NCBI RefSeq assembly: GCF_006345805.1
Contig: NW_021835077.1
Span: 1 to 42,657 of the forward strand
Origin: Octopus sinensis
Lineage: Eukaryota
Direction of reading: 5' to 3'
DNA: 42,657 nucleotides
Part shown: positions 1 to 11,255 of the stretch, one piece after another
How positions within the stretch are numbered: the first letter of the stretch is position 1
Layout of the letters: every line of letters begins with the position of its first letter
Notes under the pieces: model-generated
The model's input: the letters and a program-made list of their open reading frames with translations, nothing else
The model's database searches: none
Told to the model about the DNA's origin: nothing
Translations under genes and position numbers: made by a program

Positions 1-195
1 CTTTTTGATGTAATTTTGGGTGTTAACATGGTCCGATTTGAATTTTATCTCCTACGGAAGGAAGAGCAACCCTTCTTCTATCATACTCTCAATTTTGGTC
101 AATTTACGCCGCAGGGAGGGTCTCGGAGGAGATAGTGTTAGTTGAAGGCTACCAAACCTGCCGCACACAGACAACTTCAGCTTTATATATAGAGA
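1..195 (-). mobile_element. Non-autonomous Helitron, 5' end (element runs off the left edge)
   Basis: Reverse complement starts TCTCTATATATAAAGCTGAAGTTGTCTGTG, preceded by A (A|TC). The same terminal motif class recurs at 8870, 41540, 42000 and 42436. Confidence 0.65.
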
Positions 196-213
196 GATAA
201 CACACACACATTA

Positions 214-256
<43 letters not shown>

Positions 257-1429
257 TGTATGGATGGATGTATGTATGTATATGTGCCCACTTCTTGCCA
301 TATTTTTATCCTTCACTTCCTACACACACACACACTGACACACACACTGACACACACACTGACACACACAGACACAGACACACACACACACCTTCTTAGC
401 TTACAGTTTCTTTCTTTTAACAATTGACCACTGAAGTACGCTCGCCAATTAATACTACTAAAATTTAGCGACAGAAAGTAAATTAAAAACCAATTTACCT
501 TTTCTGTTGAGTTATGGCAATTCGACCGTCGGTGTGTGTTTGCAAATGTGTTCGAATGAGAAAGTGAATTGTGTTTGGCGCCTTTTTTTACTAATAACAA
601 ACACACACCTGTGTGTGTGTTTGAGTGTTTGTATGTAGTTGTTTGAAACGTTTGTGTTTGTCACTGTCATATATGTATATGTTTGCGTGTCTATGTGTGT
701 GTGTGAGGAGTAAATCGTTATGTATTTATTTTTTTCTCTGTTTCCTTTTTTTTGAGGATTGGTTTAAGCATTAATAAGAGAAAGTAGCAGAATGTATGAT
801 GTTGAATAAGAGTTGCAGAAAGATGATATGATAGTGGTATACACTTGCAAAGAGAAAGTATTATTTTTGAGTAGTGGTTTAAGGTACACTTGCAAAGAGA
901 AAGTAGGAGAAAGTGTGATAATAGAAGGAGTGAAGCACTTGAAATGAGAGAGGCAAATCGCAAAATATTTAGTTTTCTCGAACTTTTGCTTAATTGGGGG
1001 TCAAATTGAAAAATTTGATATGCCATGACCCAATCGAATCTACTTCGAAAAATCATAGGTAAATTCCAATTGAAGAAATTCTATATTGTACAATTGTATA
1101 AAAAAGAAACATAGTCACAGGCAGAGAAAATCTGCCTTTTATCATAAGAGATACATGTAAATTTAAATTTAAAATAATAATGGTGAGAAATTGAATATTA
1201 ATTTGATTAATATGAATTGAAAACCAGTGGTGTAGCATATAAGACCATAGCAGATCTTCTTCTAGCAAAATGGATGTCCATTGTTAATGGTTCATCCCTC
1301 TTATATAATAGTTTAACTTTAAGAGTTTCAGTATTAAAGTGAAAGCATCTGACATTACAATAGAGAGATGTTTTTGTTTCACTTTTAACACGTAATACTG
1401 AAATAGTGGAGAAGATATGATATTGCTGT

Positions 1430-1602
1430 GGGCTCGCCCTAGGCAAGAAGTTGAAAATTTTCCCATGACACTACATTGACCCTAAGTAAGGCATGTGTAA
1501 AATTTGAATGAAATTCGTTGTGTAGTTCTCAAATTTTAGGGACTCACACAGACAGACAGACAGACACACACACACACACATTCTCAGTTTTATATATATA
1601 GA
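1430..1602 (-). mobile_element. Non-autonomous Helitron 5' segment (probably continues left towards ~700; no 3' CTAG/hairpin found)
   Basis: Minus strand reads TCTATATATATAAAACTGAGAATG-(TG)n-(TCTG)n-...AAATTTGAGAACTACACAACGAATTTCATTCAAATTTTACAC, a typical Helitron 5' end with microsatellite seed. Confidence 0.6.
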
Positions 1603-1862
1603 AGACATTTTGAACCAACGAATACTTGCAGGTGTACTATTTGCGAGAAAGTGTGCAAGACATCTGCTGGATTGAAGGTACACATGCGGTGTCACAGGGC
1701 TTAGGAATTGTTAAAGGTTATTTACTGAACCCTCATTCATCGTCTTCGATGAGAGAATCCACCATATACATACATACATCACATCCATACATACATACAT
1801 ACATACATGCATACATACATACATACATACATGCATACATTACATACATACATACATACATC
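1603..1862 (+). mobile_element. 3' remnant of an RTE-like LINE: C-terminal C2H2 zinc finger, short 3' UTR and (ATAC)n tail
   Basis: 1612-1704 translates to EPTNTCRCTICEKVCKTSAGLKVHMRCHRA* (C-x2-C-x12-H-x3-H), followed by ~70 nt and a tetranucleotide tail. The clade assignment is inference. Confidence 0.6.
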
Positions 1863-2376
1863 CGCATGCATACATATATATATTATATATATATAATATA
1901 TATATATATATATAATATAGTAATGGTATGACAACAGAAGAATGAATGAGACCTCGATATTACGTAAATAGAGGAATTTATCTGTAATATATGTGACAAT
2001 TATTCGGTTGTCGTAATAAAACACCGACCTTCGGATGTCGGGGCGGAAAACTGCTCCGGCATCTCGTCAGTTATTAAGACAATCAAACAATGATATGAAA
2101 ATGACCGTTAAACAAAGGGAAATTACTATGTAAAGGATCGTTATTAAGACAAACAAAAGAGCTTTAAATAAAGGGGAAAAACCTGAGGGGAGAACGATAT
2201 GTATTATATGTATATATGTATGTAGTAGTATGTATGTTGTATGTATGTATGTATGTATGTATGTATGTATGGTATGTATATGTATGTATGTATGTATATA
2301 TATGTATGTATGTATATGTATATATTATATGTATGCATATATATATATGTATATATATGTGTGTGCGTATGTAATG

Positions 2377-2447
<71 letters not shown>

Positions 2448-2670
2448 ATGTATGTATATACAATATATATATATATACATAACAAATTTGACTGAAATTG
2501 ATGGGTGTGGGTTTGGCCAATCGGATGTTGCCAGGAGCCGTGTAAGCGTTGGTTTGTAGGTTCGATTCTGCTTGAGGTTAGCTCATCAATTTTCGGTAAT
2601 TTGTTTGTATTAAAAAATTTTAAATTTCGCTTCAGCTTCAGATCAGAGACAATTATGATATATATGTATG

Positions 2671-2716
<46 letters not shown>

Positions 2717-2719
2717 TAT

Positions 2720-2945
2720 ATATCCACATTGTGTGTGCGTCCCACCATCGCTTGACAACCGGTGTTGGTGCGTCTTTTACGTTCCCGTAACTTAGCTGTT
2801 TGGCAAAAGTGACCGAAAGAATAAGTTCCAGGCTTTAAACAATAATCAGACCTGATAACGATTCGTTCGTCTAAAACAAATTCTTGAAAGCGGTGCTCCA
2901 GCATGGCCTCAGTCTAATGACTGAAACGAGTAAAGGAATAAAATA
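2720..2945 (+). mobile_element. SINE family B, 3' half (diverged)
   Basis: Matches the 3' half of the full copy at 14531-14956 (GCTTGACAACCG...GCGGTGCTCCAGCATGGCC...TGACTGAAAC). Confidence 0.75.
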
Positions 2946-3054
2946 ACGCCCATCACCACGCTATCTTTTATGAGACTATAGAAGTGTAAATCCAGAGAGA
3001 TTTGGCTTTTATTTCTAGCAGGGTGACCAACCATACCGAGTGCTCCCACTTCTG

Positions 3055-3250
3055 ACTGGGACTGTCGGCGTGTGTGCGTGCCTGTTTGTAAGTGTGTGTG
3101 CATGTGTGTATGTCACTTAGCGGTTCGGCAAAAGAGACCGATAGAATAAGTACTGGGCTTACAGGGAATAAGTCCCGGGGTCGATTTGCTCTACTAAAGG
3201 CGGTGCTCCAGCTTGGCCGCAGTCAAATGACTGAAACAAGTAAAAGAGAG
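3055..3250 (+). mobile_element. SINE family B, 3' half
   Basis: CACTTAGCGGTTCGGCAAAAGAGACCGATAGAATAAGTACTGGGCTTAC...GGCGGTGCTCCAGC...TGACTGAAACAAGTAAAAGAG, nearly identical to 14790-14956. Confidence 0.8.
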
Positions 3251-3749
3251 AAAAAAATGTGTGTTTACCAAATACACGTGGTTGTTGCCAGTGATCCGCT
3301 CACGTGCTATCTTCGCATGATTCCCTTCTTAATAATCGACTCCCTTCCCCCACTCCACGATTCACCCTCAGATCGCAAAACGTAACGGTGCAAGATGTGT
3401 AAACGGGTTCGCGACCCAAGTCCCTTATCTCCCGCCTTCTTCGGTGGGGTGGCTGCAATAAGACTTTCGCACTTAAATTTCTTCTTCGACTCCCTTTTTC
3501 CGTTCCTCAATAACTCAAATGAGAAAACCGAAGAATCCGCAACTCTCCCCTCTCCTTTACCATGTTTAATCCTGTCGGCGCCATTAGCATTTCATGTTTT
3601 GCATTTCCTGCATCTAAATGTCTGCTGCTGCTGTTCTTCCCCACACAGTCGGTCACTGGGTCGTGTGGTTCCTGTGAAAAAAACCCCACCAGGGTGGGGG
3701 AGGGTGAGATAGACTGATAATTCCAATTTATTTTAAAATTTATTTTTCC

Positions 3750-3853
3750 AACATGAAATTGGTTGTGTAGTTCTCAAGTTTTAAGGATTCACACAGACAG
3801 ACAGACAGACAGACACATACACACACACACATTCTTAGTTTTATATATATAGA
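3750..3853 (-). mobile_element. Helitron 5' end, second copy of the 1500-1602 segment
   Basis: TCTATATATATAAAACTAAGAATG-(TG)n-(TCTG)n on the minus strand; aligns with 1505-1602. Confidence 0.6.
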
Positions 3854-4083
3854 AGACATTTTGAACCAACGAATACTTGCAGGTGTACTATTTGCGAGAA
3901 AGTGTGCAAGGCATCTGCTGGATTGAAGGTACACATGCGGTGTCACAGGGCTTAGGAATTGTTAAAGGTTATTTTCTGAACGCTCATTCATCCTCTTCGA
4001 TGAGAGAATCCACCATATACATACATACATACATACATACATACATACATACATACATACATACATACATACATGTATACATA
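3854..4083 (+). mobile_element. Second copy of the RTE-like LINE 3' remnant with C2H2 finger and (ATAC)n tail
   Basis: About 4 substitutions relative to 1603-1790, with the same junction to the Helitron end. Confidence 0.6.
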
Positions 4084-4101
4084 CAGTCGCAAGAAAGTCT
4101 G

Positions 4102-4873
4102 GGATCTGTTCCTTTTGAACGGCAGTTTTCAACACAATTTCTAGTTAACTAAACACTTTTAAACTTCGTATACTGTTAGAATGTGTCAATATAAAACATT
4201 TTTTTCTCTTGGCTTTCTTGAGAAAATTGTAATTTGTAAGTTTAACGTAGTTTAATTTTTCGAACCAATCGATGGCCTCTATTTAGCTAAAAGCATTTGC
4301 TGCGTCTAAAGCTGAGACAACATACTGTCACTGACCCTAACCCTAACCCTACACTAACCCTAACCCTAACCCCAACCCTAACCCTAACCCTAAATTTTAG
4401 CCTTTCGTTTTTTTTTTTCTTAATTGTTAAATTAATTTAATTGTTACGCATGTGTCTAAAATTATTAGTTTTGTTTTTGTTTTGAGTTTTTGTTTTGAGA
4501 TATTGGTTAAACTATTTTCCATTGCTTAAGAAAAAAAACGAAAGGCTAAAACGAAAGCAATGGAAAATAATTTAAACAGTTAACAAACAAAATAATTCTA
4601 TAATTTTATACACACGCTTTCTGAACGTAAACATAACAGTGACAGGATGTTGTCTGTTTTAGACGCAGCAAATGGTTTTAGCTAAATAGAGGCCATAGGA
4701 TTGGTTAAAATTCGAAAAATTAAACTACGTTAAACTTACAAATTGCAATTTTCTCAAGAAAGCCAAGAGAAAAAAATATTTTATTTTGACACAGTCTACC
4801 AGTATACGAAGTTTAAAAGTGTTTAGTTAACTAGAAATTGTGTTGAAAACTACCGTTCAAAAGGAAAAGATCC
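4102..4873. mobile_element. Mutator-like (MULE-type) MITE with ~235-bp TIRs, 9-bp TSD and an internal (CCCTAA)n tract
   Basis: TIRs GGATCTGTTCCTTTTGAACGG... / ...CCGTTCAAAAGGAAAAGATCC. Exact 9-bp TSD GAAAGTCTG at 4093-4101 and 4874-4882. Long TIRs with a 9-bp TSD and terminal G are MULE hallmarks. Confidence 0.85.
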
Positions 4874-5030
4874 GAAAGTCTGAGACAAGAAAAGACAGGA
4901 TGGTCACGTTTGGGACACCATTTATAAGTGCTGGGACAAAATGTGACAGTTTGCATTAAAAGGGAAAGAGGACCCTACAACCCATCCAAAAATAATGGTA
5001 TTTAAAAAAAATAAAAAGTATTATCTAGAT

Positions 5031-5476
5031 CAGGAGTTTTCAACCATTTTTCAACTATGGACCCCCTTTGATTACCATTTTATTCTGGCGGACCCCAGAA
5101 TACCTATTTTGTTTCTTCACACATCAAAATGTGGTGGTTTGAACTAAGTAAAATATTAGAGAAAGAAACCCAGCTGTTTCCTGCAATACATACATCGAAA
5201 GCAAAATATTTTCAGGGCCCCTTAAAATATTATTGTGGATCCCCTATTTATTATTTTGTTGTGTCGTCCCCCAAGTCTTATATAGACCCTCAGGGGCCAT
5301 ATGGTTCCCGGTTGTGAAACCCAGCTGTTTCCTGCAATACATACATCGAAAGCAAAATATTTTCAGGGCCCCTTAAAATATTATTGTGGATCCCCTATTT
5401 ATTATTTTGTTGTGTCGTCCCCCAAGTCTTATATAGACCCTCAGGGGCCATATAGTTCCCGGTTGTGAACCATGTG
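5031..5476. mobile_element. hAT (Charlie-like) MITE with an internal 151-bp tandem duplication
   Basis: Ends CAGGAGTTTTCAACC / GGTTGTGAACCATGTG. Flanks ATCTAGAT (5023-5030) and AATTAGAT (5477-5484) look like a decayed 8-bp NTCTAGAN-type TSD. 5165-5315 is repeated at 5316-5466. Confidence 0.55.
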
Positions 5477-5504
5477 AATTAGATCATGGTTGAGAGATAA
5501 CAAT

Positions 5505-5900
5505 TTACTCAAGGTGGCCACGGTCAGCTTCCACAACGGCCTCAAGACGGAACCTGATGCCTGTGTTCCTCACCGAGTCCTTGCGAAGATCTTCGGACTC
5601 CAGCTGGGCCTTGGTGGTGCAGATGAAGAGGTTGGTGGCTTTCTCAACGGCGCTTCACACAGAATCATCGGATTACAATTGAGGGGATTAAGAGGCCAAA
5701 ATCCAGAGCTGGTGATGTCGCAGAAATTCTCTGATAAACACTTCTGATTCTTTTTGGAGGGATTGCAAGGAGTCGAATCCTGCTGCCACACATATGGCCC
5801 ACGAGCAGCAACCCTCTCTTGCCAGCGTTTGATCAGTCTCCAGCAGCTTCACATAGTTGTCATAATCGAGCCTAAGGCTTTGTTCCCTGGTCTTGCTGAA
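5505..5900 (-). pseudogene. Decayed Tc1/mariner transposase, C-terminal catalytic half
   Basis: Frameshifted pieces read LRLDYDNYVKLLE, WQQDSTPCNPSKKNQKCLSENF, FWPLNPLNCNP (WPPxSPDxNP-like) and VEKATN...RFRLEAVVEADRGHLE*, the characteristic C-terminus of this transposase group. Confidence 0.8.
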
Positions 5901-6045
5901 TCTCAATGATAGCTATGTAAAGGATTTGCGTGTCTGTGGAGTACTCAGCCACTTGCACCTTAATACGTTAATTTCACGACCAGGCTGTTGCCTTGATCGG
6001 ATCAACTGGAAAGATCGTCGTAAGCGAGAGTCGAGTATGTTAGTA

Positions 6046-6077
<32 letters not shown>

Positions 6078-6318
6078 GGTGGCGGTGATGGTAATGATGA
6101 TGGTGATGATAAGTTTTGAATAAAGCTTTAGATTATTTGGAAAATGTGTTGGTGGGGTGGGGTGTGCAAAATGGCCAAAAACCTGATAAAAAAATTGTCT
6201 GCGATTTTACAGAAAATAGAATTTGGATTATTTTTACAGTTGAGATGTCAATTTTTACAAATTAGAGAGAAATACTATGGACGTAACTGGCAGCGGAATT
6301 GAGAGAGAAAGAGAGAGG

Positions 6319-6366
<48 letters not shown>

Positions 6367-7169
6367 AAGTGAGTGAGTATGTGAAGGCAATTGAAAATTT
6401 ATTGGAACAAAAAATTTAAAAGCATTAAAATCGGTTTGGAGAAAAACGGACTCGGGGAAAGTTTTGAAATTTTTTTTTGTCCAATCTTTGTGGTTCGTTA
6501 AATAAATTGGGAAGATAAAAGTGAAGGTGATCAATGAAATGTAATAAGTTTCAATTTGTTGGAGAAAATGTCGACTGGGAAAACAATATTAGGTCTTAAT
6601 GATGAAATAAAGCCATGAAAGGTTGCAGGGGTGCATCGCAAAGTGCAATCTATGCAGATATCGGTCACAGATTGGTAAATATGCAAGAAAACTCTTCTGT
6701 ATTTATGTTGAAAATTTTAACAAAAGCTGAGAAACATTCTCTTCAAATAGAAAACAAATTATACTTGTCAAAAATGTAATCAATTTTTTTTTATTCAGGA
6801 TAAAAATTTCGACTATTTCTAAAAACACTCCGAAAGATATTTAACCCGGAAAACAAAGTTTGCCTGAAATGATAATGGAACGATTTCCAGATTAGTTCAA
6901 TGTCTTTGAGTAGATTTTCCATTGATCCAGATAAGAATTTTGATCAGGAAAAGAAAAGCGAAGAAAATTTTTTACTATAAAGAAAATAAAAAAACATTTG
7001 AACAATTTCTTTGATGGTCAAAAATAAAGAAATGTGAAAATTCTGTTTGTCTGTGAAAAATGGTTGACCTGACAGAATTTAATGAAGAAAATTTGCAACT
7101 TTTCAAAGCACCAAAACGAAGCCCAGTGATTTGTCGGGGAGAAGGAATGATGTCACCAACCAAACTACA

Positions 7170-7310
7170 AAATAAAATAGCACAACTTCAAACTTACATT
7201 CGGTCGGCGAGAATGTTCAGAATGGTCACTTGGTGGCCTGGAATCAACAGGACATACAAAACCTGTAATGGTTGTGTGGAAATCGAACGGGACCTAACAA
7301 CCAGATTTTA
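7170..7310 (+). pseudogene. Possible highly decayed Gypsy integrase zinc-binding fragment
   Basis: MFRMVTWWPGINRTYKTCNGC resembles the WWPG...CxxC of the integrase H2C2 domain. Short and degenerate. Confidence 0.35.
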
Positions 7311-7430
7311 AAAAAAAATGGTATACACCGCTTGTGTGTGTGTATATACAAACAAATCTACATACACGCACGTGCACAAAATGCATGTCAACACACTATT
7401 TAGCAATGAATATTTTAAGAATTTTTTATA

Positions 7431-7645
7431 CGAGGGGTGCTGAAAAGTTCCTAGTTTTAAGGGTGTCTCGAAAGATCTTGTTGGAGGCCCAACCTTCCGT
7501 GTCCTTTTACAGAGCTTAGAAAACTGAAGGACAATTGCAATAGATGTGTGAATCTGAGAGGAGAATATGTTGAATAAAATCACAATTAACTGATCCTTTT
7601 GAATTTTTTTTTATCCAAAGCCAAGAATTTTTTAGCACCCCCAAG
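7431..7645 (+). mobile_element. Mariner-derived MITE (215 bp)
   Basis: TA|CGAGGGGTGCTGAAAAGTTCC ... GAATTTTTTAGCACCCCCAAG|TA; keeps the transposase end CVNLRGEYVE*. Confidence 0.8.
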
Positions 7646-8360
7646 TATGTACTGTACTCACGTGACGATAAGAGTTTTGTAGAACATTCTATTTATTTCA
7701 TCTACAAGAACCTTTCTCTTATCCTCTGCAATCTTTAAGTGCTTTGGAGCGAAACTCTTGGCTCTTGAGTAACTTCAGAAGCATTATTAGCAAATAATTA
7801 TGCCTGTATCCGCATGGCTTCCTGGTTTATAAACTCAACCCTCTGGAGGTTTACCCCTCCGACTGGTACACATTTAAGTAACCTCGAGGATGTTTCTAGA
7901 GTACCATAGTCCACCAACCTGCATCGTAAATTCTGATCTCACTATAACACCTTTTAGATCGTACAACCAAAATGTGAACTAAAATGTATAAGAATGGAAG
8001 TAGAGATAGAAAGAACAAACAAACTGGATTTGGGTTTGAAGGACTAGATTTGATTTAGTCTGAAATTGGATCTTAAGCAATGAGAATCATTACCATTATT
8101 GGAACTCCTTTGACTGCTTTACATACGTTTCGGCGGTAAACATTCTTCATGTTGGTTTGGGATAAGATGTATCTAAGAAGCAGTTTTACTATTGATTGGA
8201 ACTTTTCTCTCCAAATAAAATCCATCGATCTGGAAGAGACAGTCAATTTCCATACATTCAGTTCATTGTCCAAGAAAAAAAAATTTGATTCAATTCAAAT
8301 TTTCTCTCAAACAGTTTTAAAAGATAAAACGGTTTTTGTGAACAGTGAAATATATATATA

Positions 8361-8870
8361 CTAGCAGTATCGCCCGGCGTTGCTCGGGTTTGTAAGGGAA
8401 ATAAACTATATAAGCATTTTTAGAGAGTTACTTCCCTTATAGATGCCAATTCGGGCTTTCTTAGCCATTTCTGTTTTGGTGTCTTCAGCCATGAAGTCGT
8501 TGTTCTAAAAGAACGCTGGTCTCCTTGACAACGCTTTACAACGTTGATTTCCTTACACTCCCTCTCCAAGCTTCACGAGGGAGGGAAGAGGGGGAGAAGC
8601 AAAAGGTGCAGGTGTGACCATGGACGCCAACTCCGCCGCCATCGACATACGAAAAAAATATGCATTAAAATGGAATAAAAAATGATGTTAAATTATTTTT
8701 TAAATCGTAGACTCATCGTAGACGCGCGCTAATACTCAGACGGGCTCGATATGAATCATGACTATAAGATACCCGAATTTGGTTAAACTGCACCGCAAAA
8801 TGTGGGAGGAGTTAGGAATCTAAATCGAAGGGGACAGACACTCACACAACTACAGTTTTATATATATAGA
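8361..8870 (-). mobile_element. Complete non-autonomous Helitron (510 bp)
   Basis: 5' A|TCTATATATATAAAACTGTAGTTG; 3' hairpin CCCGAGCAACGCCGGG followed by CGATACTGCTAG|T; inserted in an AT dinucleotide with no TSD. Confidence 0.9.
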
Positions 8871-9019
8871 TATATTCATTGAAACGAAGTTAGAAAAGTT
8901 GTATATATCGCTAGAAAGTTACAATGGTAGCAAAACAAGCCTGGCATTAGGAAAGAAGTTTTGGCATAATAAATCTAATTTATGCAACTAAAGAATTATT
9001 AATGTTATCTTCCTATTTT

Positions 9020-9560
9020 ATCGGATCCCTTGACCCGCGTGGTCAATGACATCACAACCAGAATTCACCACTTCTCTCGGTCGTCGAGTCATCGAAATTA
9101 GAAGCCAGTCCACGCTTTGATGTAACAAGCTCATCTTTTCCTTGACCTTCCTTGCTTTCCAACCATTCCCCACTGCCCCCTGCAGGATTGTCTTTGCTAG
9201 GCCAGAGATTCTTGTGACATTACCATAACTATTTCTTTACTACCCACAAGGGGCTAAACACAGAGGGGACAAACAAGGACAGAAAAACGGATTAAGACGA
9301 TTATATCGACCCCAGTGCTAACTGGTACTTATTTAATCGACCCCGAAAGGATGAAAGGCAAAGTCGACCCCGGCGGAATTTGAACTCAGAACGTAGCGGC
9401 AGACGAAATACGGCTAAGCATTTCGCCCGGCGTGCTAACGATTCTGCCAGCTCGCCGCCTTAAACATTACCATAACATTTGAATTTCCTTGTCTTTATTG
9501 TCAGTCGTCGCTTCTTGTGTGGTCCAGTAGCCTGGGTCACTCTTGTTTTCGTTTTGATAC
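9020..9560 (-). pseudogene. RTE (BovB-like) LINE ORF2 3' fragment, interrupted by a SINE
   Basis: With the SINE removed, the minus strand reads TIKTRKFKCYGNVTRISGLAKTILQGAVG...GRSRKR*...IKAWTG, matching the RTE C-terminal KRRKLxWYGHVxR...TILQG...GRxRKRW motif. Confidence 0.7.
9230..9463 (-). mobile_element. SINE family A, full length, 13-bp TSD
   Basis: tRNA-like head GGCGGCGAGCTGGCAGAATCGTTAGC...GAGTTCAAATTCC. TSD ACATTACCATAAC at 9217-9229 and 9464-9476. Confidence 0.9.
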
Positions 9561-9585
9561 GGTCTTTAATTTTACGATTACCAAC

Positions 9586-9945
9586 AGGATTTAAGCCTGC
9601 GGTTTTCAACTGGGGTCCTCACAACCCTTAGGGGTCCTTGTAAGATTTTTTTAAAGTAGGATTTAAGCCTGCGGTTTTCAACTGGGGTCCTCACAACCCT
9701 TAGGGGTCCTTGTAAGATTTTTTAAAAGTAGGATTTAAGCCTGCGGTTTTCAACTGGCGTCCTCACAACCCTTAGGGGTCCTTGTAAGATTTTTTTAAAG
9801 TAGGATTTAAGCCTGCGGTTTTCAACTGGGGTCCTCACAACCCTTAGGAGTCCTTGTAAGATTTTTTTAAAGTAGGATTTAAGCCTGCGGTTTTCAACTG
9901 GGATCCTCACAACCCTTAGGGGTCCTTGTAAGATTTTTTTAAAGT
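9586..9945. repeat. 72-bp minisatellite, 5 copies
   Basis: Units start at 9586, 9658, 9730, 9802 and 9874, with only 1-2 substitutions each. Confidence 0.95.
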
Positions 9946-10007
9946 TTATCTTCTGCAATAAATTGGACAAACTTCTACAACACAAAATGTTTTAACCATT
10001 TATTATA

Positions 10008-10224
10008 CGAGGGAATGCTGAGAAGTCCTTGACTTTAAAAGTATCGTGAAGGGCCTGGTTGGAGGCCCAACTTTCCAAGTTCTTTTACAGGACTTAGAAG
10101 AATTGAAGGACCGCTGCAATAAGTGTGTGAAGCTGAGAGGAGGGGGAATATGTTGAAGGAAATCATAACTGATTCTTCTCTATTTTCTTTTACCCAAAGC
10201 CAGGAACTTTTCGGTAACCCTTCG
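10008..10224 (+). mobile_element. Mariner-derived MITE, same family as 7431-7645
   Basis: TA|CGAGGGAATGCTGAGAAGTCC ... GGAACTTTTCGGTAACCCTTCG|TA; internal sequence aligns with the first copy. Confidence 0.8.
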
Positions 10225-10243
10225 TACGATTCCTAATAATGTA

Positions 10244-10462
10244 TACTCTTTTACTCTTTTACTCTTTTACTTGTTTCAGTCATTTGACTGCGGCCATACT
10301 GGAGCACCGCCTTTAGTCGAGTAAATCGACCCCGGGACTTATTCTTTGTAAGCCCAGTACTTATTCTATCGGTCTCTTTTGCCGAACCGCTAAGTGACGG
10401 GGACGTAAACACACCAGCATCGGTTGTCAAGCAATGCTAGTGGGACAAACACAGACACACAA

Positions 10463-10495
<33 letters not shown>

Positions 10496-10602
10496 CATAC
10501 ATATATACGACAGGCTTCTTTCAGTTTCCGTCTACCAAATCCACTCACAAGGCATTGGTCGGCCCGAGGCTATAGCAGAAGACACTTGCCCAAGATGCCA
10601 CG
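10244..10602 (-). mobile_element. SINE family B, 5'-truncated
   Basis: Reverse complement of 14595-14956, including the internal microsatellite linker and (GTAAAAGA)n tail. Confidence 0.9.
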
Positions 10603-11255
10603 TGTATAAGTATATATGTAGAGACAGAGATACATACAACCGCAACATGTACACATACACTTACATTTATGCACGCATATATACAAACGTACGTGTGTAC
10701 ATACATATACATACGTGTATACACATTCATGCTTACATACATACATATCCATACATACACGCACACATACACATACTTATAATGCATACGCATACATATA
10801 CTTATACATACACATAGACACACACCTCGACACATATGCATGCAGAGGTATGACCAGCCCCCCCCCACTGGAATTACCAATGTGTCTAACACAGAAATGA
10901 GAGAAATTTGAAAAATATTCCATTTATAAGCGAAAGCAATTTGTTGTCATGGTAACCATTTTTTTGTTGCATTAAATTGTTTTTGTTTCTTTTCTCCCTT
11001 TTTTTGAATGTTTTTTTTTTTTCGTGTTTGTTTTTCTTTCTGTGAAACGCTGAGGCGGGAGAAACCGTTTCTGTTGCGAGTTGTGGATTAGTTATGTCTT
11101 TCAGAGCGCAATGAATTTTGGATAAGCTCCAGCATGGTGGATTAAAAGATTGAGAGATCAGGCGGCGGGGGGGGGGGGCGAAGGATGGAGGAAGGAGCAG
11201 TATGGACAGTGGTGGTCGTCGTGGTTGTAACCATTGTGGTGATGGTGGTATGCAA

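Noticed and set aside
2020-2070. Minus-strand CTGACGA-GATG...CATC-CGAAG hammerhead
   Set aside because: Core and stem II are plausible, but GAAA, stem III and the cleavage triplet are not satisfied.
3270-3720. Host exon or promoter (CpG-richer, two CACGTG boxes, several short ORFs)
   Set aside because: No recognisable protein motif or convincing splice pair, and E-boxes occur by chance.
4335-4392. True telomere or chromosome fusion site
   Set aside because: A short degenerate tract inside a TIR/TSD-bounded element.
7680-8300. Decayed retroelement pol (FAPKHLKIAEDKRKVLVDEINRM on the minus strand)
   Set aside because: Only a vague resemblance to a Gypsy protease-RT linker, many stops, and no catalytic motif.
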